Shown: in pieces, positions 53,745 through 64,000 of the stretch
How the letters are laid out: each line of letters starts with the position of its first letter
Numbering within the stretch: the first letter of the stretch is position 1
Assembly: GCA_964016885.1 (NCBI GenBank)
Contig: OZ024757.1
Location: 39,308,001 to 39,372,000, forward strand
Origin: Eledone cirrhosa
Taxonomy: Eukaryota
DNA: 64,000 nt
Direction of reading: 5' to 3'
Made by a program: the position numbers and the translations under genes
The notes under the pieces: model-generated
Seen by the model: only the letters and a program-made list of their open reading frames with translations
What the model was told of the DNA's origin: nothing
Database searches by the model: none

Positions 53745-56700
53745 CGTTTTAGTCATTTATAATGATGTTTTAGTCATTTATGTTGCCGTTTTAGCCATTT
53801 TATTGCCGTTTTAGCCAATTTAGTGTCATTTTAGTCATTTATGATGCCGTTTTAGCCATTGTGTAGCCATTTGAGATGTTTTAGTCGTTTTAGAGTCATT
53901 TTATTCATTCATGATGCCGTTTTTAGCCAGTTTAGTGTCATTTTAGTCATTTATTATGCCGTTTTAGCCACATTCATCATTTATGATGCCGTTAAAGCCA
54001 TTTTATTCAATTATGATGCTGTTTTAGCCATTTTAGAGTCATTTTAGTAATTTATGATGCTGTTTTAGCCATTTTAGAGGAATTCTAGTCGTTTTAGACG
54101 TTTTAGAGTCATTTGAGTCAATTATGATGCCGCTTTAGCCATTTGAGAGGCATTGTAGTCGTTTTAGAGTCATTTTAGTCAACTATGATGTCGTTTTAGC
54201 CATTTTATAGTCATTTTAGACGTATTAGTCGTTTTAGAGTCATTTTATTCATTCATTTATGGTGCTGTTTTAGCCATTTTAGAGGAATTTTAGTCAATTA
54301 TAATGCACTTTTAGTTATTTTATAGCCATTTTAGATGTTTTAGTCGTTTTCGAGTCATTTTAGTCATTTATGATGCAGTTGTTGCCATTTTAGAGTCATT
54401 TTAGAGGTTTTAGTCGTTTTAGTCAATAGTGATATAGTTTTAGTCATTTTAGTCAATTATGATACCGTTTTACTCATTTACTTTAGTCGTTTTAGAGTCA
54501 TTTTAGTCAATTATGATGACGTTTTCTGTCATTTTAGACGTTTGAGTCGATTTAGACTCATTTTATTCATTTATGATGCTGATTTAGCCATTTTGAAGTC
54601 ATTTTAGTCAGGTATGATGCAGTTTTAGTCATTTTATAGCCATTTTAGACGTTTTAGTTATTTCAGAGTCATTTTATTCATTTATGATGATGTAGCAATT
54701 TTATAGTCATTTTTAGTCATTTATGATGCAGTTTTAGCCATTTTAGAGTCATTTTAGTCAATTATGATGCCGTTTTACTCATTTACGAGTTATTGTAGTC
54801 GATTTAGTCATTTATGATGCAGTTTAAGCCGTTTTAGAGTAATTTTAGTCAATTATGATGCTGTTTTAGCCATTTTAGTGTCATTCTAGTCGTTTTAGTC
54901 ATTTATGATGCAGTTTAAGCCCTTTTAGAAGAATTCTAGTCGTTTTAGAGTCATTTTAGTCAATTATTATGCCGTTTTAGCGATTATGTAGCCATTTTCT
55001 GTCATTTGAGTCGTTTTAGAGTCATTGTATTCATTTATGATGCTGTTTTAGGCATTTTAGAAGAATTCTAGTCATTTTAGACGTTTTAGAGTCATTTTAG
55101 TCAATTATGATGCTGTTTTAGCCATTTTAGAGTCACTTTAGTCATTTATGATGCAGTTTTAGTCATTTTATAGTCATTTAATTCGTTATAGAGAAATTCT
55201 TTTCATTTATGGTGCTGTTTTAGCCATTTTAGAGTAATTTTAGTCATTTATAATGAAGTTTTAGCTATTTTAGAGTCATTTTAGAAATTTTAGTGTCATT
55301 TTAGTCAATAATGATGCCTGTTTTAGCTATTTTAGAGACGTTTTAGAGTCATTTTAGTCAATTATGATGCCGTTTTAGTCATTATACAGCCATTTTCTGT
55401 CATTATAGAGGTTTTAGAGTCATTTCAGTCAATTATGATGCTGTTTTAGCCATTTTAGAGTCATTTTAGACGTTTTAGAGACATTTTAGTCAATCATGAT
55501 GCCGTTTGAGCCATTATATAGCCATTTTCGGTCATTTTAGACGTTTTAGAGTCATTTTATTTATTTATGATGCTGTTTTAGCCATTTTAGTCATTTATGA
55601 TGCAGTTTTAGTCATTTTATAGCCATTTTACACGTTTTATTCGTTATAGAGTAATTTTCTTCATTTATGGTGCTGTTTTAACCATTTTAGAGTGATTTTA
55701 GTCATTTATGATGCAGTTTTAGCTATTTTAGTCATTTTATACGTTTTAGACGTTTTAGGGTCATTTTAGTCAATAATGATGCAGTGTTAGCCATTTTAGA
55801 GGAATTCAAGTCGTTTTAGAAGTTTTAGAGTCATTTTAGTCAATTATGATGCTGTTTTAGCCATTTTAGTCATTTATGATGCTGTTTTAGTCAGTTTATA
55901 GCGATTTTGTTCGTTATAGAGTAATTTACTTCGTTTATGGTGCTGATTTAGCCATTTTAGTCATTTATAATGCATTTTTAGCTATTTTAGACGTTTTAGA
56001 GTCATTTTAGTTAATTATGATTCCGTTTTAGCCATTATATAGCCATTTTCCGTGATTTTAGACGTATTAGAGTCATTTTATTCATTTATGATTCTGTTTT
56101 AGCCATTTTAGAGACATTTTAGTCATTTATGATGCAGTTTTAGTCATTTTATAGACATTTTACACGTTTTATTCGTTATAGAGTAATTTTCTTCATTTAT
56201 GGTGCTGTTTTAGACATTTTAGAGTCATTTTAGTCATTTATAATGCAGTTGTAGCTATTTTAGAGTCATTTTAGTCGTTTCAGAGTAATTTTAGTCAATT
56301 ATGATGACGTTTTAGCCCTTTTAGAGGAATTTTAGTCGTTTTAGAGTCGTTTTTGTCATTTATGATGCAGTTTTAGCCATTTTATAGCCATTTTAGACGT
56401 TTTAGAGACATTTCAGTCAATAATTGTAGTTTTAGCCATTTCAGAGTCGTTTTAGACGTTTTAGAGTCATTTTATTCAATTATTATGACGTTTTAGCCCT
56501 TTTAGAGGAATTATTTGTCGTTTTAGAGTCACTTTAGTCAATTATGATGCCGTTTTAGCCATTATATAGCCATTTTCAGTCATTTTAGACGTTTTAGAGT
56601 CATTTTATTCATTTATGCTGCTGTTTTAACCATTTTAGACGTTTTAGAGTCATTTTAGTCCATTATGATTCCGTTTTAGCCATTATATAGCCATTTCCCG

Positions 56701-59700
56701 TCATTTTAGACGGTTTAGAGACATTTTATTCATTCATGATGCTGTTTTAGCCAATTTAGTGTCATTTTAGTCATTTATAATGCAGTTTTAGCTATTTTTG
56801 AGTCATTTTAGACGTTTTAGAGTCATTTTAGCCATTATATAGCCATTTTCTGTCATTTTAGACGTTTTAGAGTCATTTTATTCATTTATGATGCTGTTTT
56901 ATCCATTTTACACGTTTTAGAGTCATTTTACTCAATTATGATGCCGTTTTAGCCATTATATAGCAATGTTCCGTTATTTTAGACGTTTTAGAGTCATTTT
57001 ATTCATTCATGATGCTGTTTTAGCCATTTTAGAGTTATTTTAGTCATTTATGATTTACCTTTCGCCATTTTAGACGTTTTAGAGTCATTTTAGTTAATTA
57101 TGATGCCGTTTGAGACATTATATAGCCATTTTCCGTCATTTTAGACGTTTTAGACTCATTTTATTCATTCATGATGCTGATTTAGACATTTTACAGTAAT
57201 TTCAGTCAATAATGATGCAGTTTTAGCCATTTTAGACTCATTTTAGACGTTTTAGAGTAATTTTAGTCATATTATGATGCAGTTTTCCTCATTTACAAGT
57301 CATTTTAGTCGTTTTAGAGTAATTCTAGTCAATTATGATGCAGTTTTACTCATTTACAAGTCGTTTTAGAGTCATTTTAGTCGATTATGATGACGTTTTA
57401 GCCCTTTTAGAGGAATTCTAGACGTTTCAGAGTCATTTTAGTCAATTATGATGCCGTTTTAGCCATTATATAGCCATTTTCTGTCATTATAGAGGTTTAG
57501 AGTCATTTTAGTCATTTATGATGCAGTTTTAGCCATTTTAGAGTAATTTTACTCATTTATGATGCAGTTTTAGCCATTTTAGATGTTTTAGAGCCATTTT
57601 AGTCAATTATGATGCCGTTTGAACAAGTATATAGACATTTTCCGTCATTTCAGACGTTTTAGAGGCATTTAATTCATTTATGATGCTGTTTTAGCCATTT
57701 TAGAGTCATTTTAAAAGTGTTAGACGTTTTAGAGTCATTTTATCCATTATATAGCCATTTTCTGTCATTTTAGACGTTTTAGAGTTAATTTAGTCAAGTA
57801 TGGTGCGGTTTAGCCATTTCAGAGTCATTTTAATCATTTGTGATGCAGTTTTAGCCATTTTATAGCCATTTTAGTCATTTATAATGCAGTTTTAGCTATT
57901 TTAGAGTTATTTTAATATTTTAGAGTCATTTCAGTCAATAATTATGCAGTTTTAGTCGCTTTAGAAGTTTTAGAGTCATTTTAGTCAATTATGATGCAGT
58001 TTTACTCATTTACAAGTCATTTTAGTCAATTATGATGACGCTTTAGCCCTTGTAGAGGAATTATAGTCGTTTTAGACGTTTTAGAGTCATTTTAGTCAAT
58101 TATGATGCCGTTTTAGCCATTATATAGCCATTTTCTCTCATCATAGAGGTTATAGAGTCATTTAGTCAATTATGATGCTGTTTTAGCCATTTTAGAGTAA
58201 TTTTACTCATTTATGATGCAGTTTTAGCCATTTTATAGCCATTTTAGACGTTTTAGAGTCATTTTAGTCAATTATGATGCTGTTTGAGCAATTATATAGA
58301 CATTTTCCGTCATTTTAGACGTTTTAGAGTCATTTCATTCATTCATGATGCTCTTTTAGCCATTATATAGCCATTTTCCCTCATTTTAGACGTTTTAGTG
58401 TCATTTTATTCATTTATGATGCTGTTTTAGCCATTTGTGAGTCATTTTAGTCATTTATAATGCAGTTTTAGCTATTTTAGAGTTATTTTAATCGTTTTAG
58501 ACGTTTAAGAGTCATTTCAGTCAATAATTATGCAGTGTTAGACATTTTAGAGTCGTTTTAGAGTAAATTTAGTCAATTATGATGCAGTTTTACTCATATA
58601 CAAGTCGTTTTAGAGTCACTTTAGTCAATTATTATGACGTTTAGCACTTTTAGAGGAATTATAGTCGTTTTAGATGTTTAAGAGTCATTCTAGACAATTA
58701 TGATGCCGTTTTAGCCATTTTAGTGGAATTATAGTCGTTTTAGAGGCATTTTAGTCAATTATGATTCCGTTTTAGCCATTATATAGCCATTTTCCATCAT
58801 TTTAGACGTTTTAGTGTCATTTTATTTATTTATGATGCTGTTTTAGCCATTTTAGAGTCATTTTAGTCATGTATAATGCAGTTTTAGCTATTTTAGAGTT
58901 ATTTTAATCGTTTTAGACGTTTTAGAGTCATTTCAGTCAATAATTATGCAGTTTTAGCCGTTTTAGAGTCATTTTAGTCAATTATAATGCAGTTTTACTC
59001 ATTTACAAGTCATTTTAGTCGTTTTAGAGTCATTTTAGTCAATTATTATGACATTTTAGCCCCTTTAGAGGAATTATAGTCGTTTTAGATGTTTTAGGGT
59101 CATTTTAGTCAATTATGATGCCGTTTTAGCCATTATATAGCCATTTCCTGTCATTATAGAGGTTTTAGAGTCATTTTGGTCAATTATGATGCTGTTGTAG
59201 CTATTTTAGTTTAATTTTAGTCCTTTATAATGCATTTTTAGCCATTTTAGAGTCATTTTAGTCAATTATAATGCCGTTTTAACCATTATATAGCCATTTT
59301 CTGTCATTATAGAGGTTTTAGAGTCATTTTAGTCAATTATGATGCTGTTTTAGCCATTATATAGCTTTTTCAGTCATTTTAGACGTTTTAGAGTCATTTT
59401 ATTCATTCAAGATGCTGTTTTAGCCATTTTAGTGTCATTTTAGTCATTTATAATGCAGTTTTAGCTATTTTAGACTCATTTTAGTCGTTTTATACGTTTC
59501 AGAGTAATTTAAGTCAATAATGATGCAGTTTTAGCCATTTTAGAAGCAGTTTAGTTGTTTTAGACATTTTAGAGTCATTTTAGTCTATTATGATGCAGTT
59601 TTACTCTTTTCCAACGCATTTTAGTCGTTTTAGAGTCAATTATGATGATGCTTTAGCCCTTTTAGAGGAATTATAGTCGTTTTAGACGTTTTAGAGTCAT

Positions 59701-62700
59701 TATAGTCAATCATGATGCCGTTTTAGCCATTATATAGCCATTTTCTGTCATTTTAGACGTTTTAGAGTCATTTTAGTCAATTATGATGATGTTTTAGCCA
59801 TTTTATAGCCATTTTAGACGTTTTAGAGTCATTTTAGTCAATTATGATGCCGTTTTAGCCATTTTAGAGGCATTTTAGTCGTTTTAGACGTTTCAGAGTC
59901 ATTTTATTCAATTATGATGCCGTTTTAGCCATTATATAGCCATTTTCAGTCATTTTAGACGTTTTAGAGTCATGTTAGTCAATTATGATGCTGTTTTAGC
60001 CATTTTAGAGTAATTTTATTCATTTATGATGCAGTTTTAGACGTTTTAGAGTCATTTTACACAATTATGATGCCGTTTTAGCCATTTTAGTAGCAGTTTA
60101 GTTGTTTTAGACATTTTAGAGTCATTTAGTCAATTATGATGCTGTTTTACTCTTCTCCAACGCATTTTAGTCGTTTTAGAGTCAATTTAGTCAATTATGA
60201 TGACGCTTTAGCTCTTTTAGAGGAATTATAGTCGTTTTAGACGTTTTAGAGTCATTTTAGTCAATTATGATGCCGTTTTAGCTATTATATAGCCATTTTC
60301 TGTCATCATAGAGGTTATAGAGTTATTTAGTCAATTATGATGCCGTTTTAGCCATTTTAGAATAATTTTACTTATTTATGATGCAGTTTTAGCGCTTTTA
60401 TAGACATTTAGACGTTTTAAAGTCATTTTAGACAATTATGATGCCATTTTAGAGGCAGTTTAGTCGTTTTAGACGTTTTAGAGTCATTATAGTCAATCAT
60501 GATGCCGTTTTAGCCATTATATAGCCATTTTCTGTCATTTTAGACGTTTTAGAGTCATTTTAGTCAATTATGATGATGTTTTAGCCATTTTAGAGTAATT
60601 CTAGTCATTTATGATGCAGTTTTAGCCATTTTATAGCCGTTTTAGAGTCATTTTAGTTAATTATGATGCCGTTTGAGACATTATATAGCTATTTTCCGTC
60701 ATTTTAGACGTTTTAGAGTCATTTTATTCATTCATGATGCAGTTTTAGACGTTTTAGAGTTATTTTAGACAATTATGATGCCGTTTTAGCCATTTTAGAA
60801 GTAGTTTAGTTGTTTTAGACCTTTTAGATTCATTTTAGTCAATTATGATGCAGTTTTACTCATTTACAAGTCATTTTAGTCGTTTTAGAGTCATTTTAGT
60901 CAATTATGATGACGCTTTAGCCCTTTTAGAGAAATTATAGTCGTTTTAGACGTTTTAGAGTCATTTTAGTCAATTATGATGCCGTTTTAGCCATTATATA
61001 GCCATTTTCTGTCATCATAGAGGTTATAGAGTCATTTAGTCAATTATGATGCTGTTTTAGCCATTTTAGAGTAATTTTACTCATTTATGATGCAGTTTTA
61101 GCCATTTAATAGCCATTTTAGACGTTTTAGAGTCATTTTAGTCAATTATATAGATATTTCCGTCATTTTAGATGTTTTAGAGTCATTTCATTCATTTATG
61201 ATGCTCTTTTAGCCATTATATAGCCATTTTCCCTCATTTTAGCCATTTTAGAGTCATTTTAGTCATTTATAATGCAGTTTTAGCTATTTTAGAGTTATTT
61301 TAATCGTTTTAGACGTTTAAGTGTCATTTCAGTCAATAATTATGCAGTGTTAGACATTTTAGAGTCGTTTTAGGCGTTTTAGAGTCATTTTAGTCAATTA
61401 TGATACAGTTTTACTCATTTACAAGTCATTTTTGTCATATTAGAGTCATTTTACTCAATTATCATGCTGTTTTAGCCATTTTAGAGTCATTTTAATCATT
61501 TATGATGCACTTTTAGCTATTTTATAGCCATTTTAGATGTTTTAGACGTTTTAGAGTCATTTTAGTTAATTCTGATGCCGTTTGAGACATTATATAGCCA
61601 TTTTCCGTCATGTTAGACGTTTTAGACTCATTTTATTCATTCATGATGCTGATTTAGACATTTTAGTGTCATTTTAGTCATTTATAATGCACTTTTAGCT
61701 ATTTTAGACTCATCTTAGTCGTTTTATACGTTTCAGAGTAATTTAAGTCAATAATGATGCAGTTTTAGCCATTTAGAGTCTGTTTTAGACGTTTTAGAGT
61801 AAATTTAGTCAATTATGATGCAGTTTTACTCATTTACAAGTCATTTTAGTCGTTTTAGAGTAATGTTAGTCAATTATGATGCAGTTTTACTCATTTACAA
61901 GTCATTTTAGTCGTTTTAGAGTAATGTTAGTCAATTATGATGCAGTTTTACTCATTTACAAGTCATTTTAGTCGTTTTAGAGACATTTTAGTCAATTATG
62001 ATGACGTTTTAGCCCTTTTAGAGAGATTATAGTCGTTTTAGACGTTTTAGAGTAATTTTAGTCAATTATGATGCCGTTTTAGCCATTATATAACCATTGT
62101 CTATCATTATAGAGGTTTTAGAGTCATTTTAGTCAATTATTATACTGTTTTAGCCATTTTAGAGTAATTTTATTCATTTATGATGCAGTTTTAGACGTTT
62201 TAGAGTCATTTTAGACAATTATGATGCCGTTTTAGCCATTTTAGAAGCAGTTTAGTTGTTTTAGACCTTTTAGAGTCATTTTATTCAATTATGATGCTGT
62301 TTTATCCATTTTAGTCATTTATGATGCATTTTTGGCCATTTTATAGCCATTTTAGACGTTTAGAGTCCTTTTAGTCAATTATGATGCAGTTTTAACCATT
62401 TTAGAGGAATTTTACTCATTTATGATGCAGTTTTAGCGATTTATAGCAATTTTAGACGTTTTAAAGTCATTTTAGACAATTATGATGCTGTTTTAGCCAT
62501 TTTAGAGTCATTTTAGACGTTTTAGATTCATTATAGTCAATCATGATGCCGTTTTAGCCATTATATATCCATTTTCTGTCAATTTAGACGTTTTAGAGTC
62601 ATTTTAGTCAATTATGATGATGTTTTAGCCATTTTAGACGTTTTAGAGTCATTTTAGTCAATTATGATGCCGTTTTAGCCATTATATAGCCATTTTCAGT

Positions 62701-64000
62701 CATTTTAGACGTTTTAGAGTCATGTTAGTCAATTATGATGCTGTTTTAGCCATTTTAGAGTAATGTTATTCATTTATGATGCAGTTTTAGACGTTTTAGA
62801 GTCATTTTAGACAATGATGATGCAGTTTTACTCATTTACAACGCATTTTAGTCGTTTTAGAGTCATTTTAGTCAATTATGATGACGCTTTAGCCCTTTTA
62901 GAGGAATTATAGTCGTTTTAGAGGCATTTTAGTCAATTACGATGCCGTTTTAGCCATTATATAGCCATTTTCCGTCATTTAGACGTTTTAGTGTCATTTT
63001 ATTCATTTATGATGCTGTTTTAGCCATTTTAGAGTCATTTTAGTCATTTATAATGCAGTTTTAGCTATTTTAGAGTCATTTTAGTCGTTTTAGACGTTTT
63101 AGAGTCATTTTAGTCAATCATGATGCAGTTTTACTCATTTACAAGTCATTTTAGTCGTTTTAGAGTCATTTTAGTCAATTATTATGACGTTTTAGCCCTT
63201 TTAGAGGAATTATAGTCGTTTTAGATGTTTAAGAGTCATTTTAGTCAATTATGATGCCGTTTTAGCTATTTTAGAGGCACTTTAGACGTTTTACAGTCAT
63301 TTTAGTCAATTATGATGCCGTTTTAGCCATTATATAGCCATTTTCCGTCATTGTAGACGTTTTAGAGTCATTTTATTCATTTATGATTCTGTTTTAGCCA
63401 TTTTAGAGTCATTTTAGTCATTTATAATGCAGTTTTAGCTATTTTAGAGTCATTTTAGTCGTTTTAGACGTTTTAGAGTCATTTTAGTCAATCATGATGC
63501 AGTTTACTCATTTACAAGTCATTTTAGTCGTTTTAGAGTCATTTTAGTCAATTATTATGACGTTTTAGCCCTTTTAGAGGAATTATAGTCGTTTTAGATG
63601 TTTAAGAGTCATTTTAGTCAATTATGATGCCGTTTTAGCTATTTTAGAGGCACTTTAGACGTTTTACAGTCATTTTAGTCAATTATGATGCCGTTTTAGC
63701 CATTATATAGCCATTTTCCGTCATTGTAGACGTTTTAGAGTCATTTTATTCATTTATGATTCTGTTTTAGCCATTTTAGAGACATTTTAGTCATTTATCA
63801 TGCAGTTTATTCATTTTATAGCCATTTGACACGTTTTATTCGTTATAGAGTCATTTTCTTCATTTAATGTGCTGTTGTAGCCATTCTAGAGTAATTTTAG
63901 TCATTTATAATGCAGTTTTAGATATTGTATAGCCATTTTAGACGTTTTTGAGTTATTTTCGTCAATAATGATGTAGTTTTACCTATTTTAGAGTCATTTT
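53745..64000. repeat. Complex intronic satellite (>10 kb, runs off the window) built from ~9-10-bp TTTTAG-centred subunits
   Basis: Recurring cattttagt, cgttttaga, ttttagagt and agtcaattatgatgccgtttt modules in shuffled order, with local higher-order duplications. No long ORFs in any frame. Confidence 0.95.

Noticed and set aside
53745-64000. CRISPR array or telomeric repeat
   Set aside because: No unique spacers, eukaryotic context, and no tandem TTAGGG; it is a degenerate satellite.

Overview
AT-rich, microsatellite-saturated animal genomic DNA. The (TA)n/(CA)n density and the SINE families suggest a coleoid cephalopod such as Octopus, which is an inference. The window is the middle of one large plus-strand gene for a kainate-type ionotropic glutamate receptor subunit. 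Three clear phase-0 coding exons are present: 6942-7043 (end of ATD, linker and start of S1), 47264-47461 (S1) and 52273-52833 (S1 end, M1-M2-M3 and start of S2). Inside the 40-kb intron I find a 27-nt microexon (22755-22781, EPLKVTTLL) that re-encodes the first strand of the ligand-binding domain. There is also a candidate signal-peptide first exon (12144-12218). Together these predict an internally initiated receptor isoform lacking the ATD. The introns also carry several short repeat families with hammerhead-ribozyme-like cores embedded in (TA)n tracts, two near-perfect palindromes of about 250 bp, many tRNA-derived SINEs, CRE/RTE/CR1 LINE relics and Helitron/mariner-like MITEs. A complex satellite of more than 10 kb runs from about 53745 to the window end. 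Almost all ORFs in the supplied track are microsatellite artefacts.
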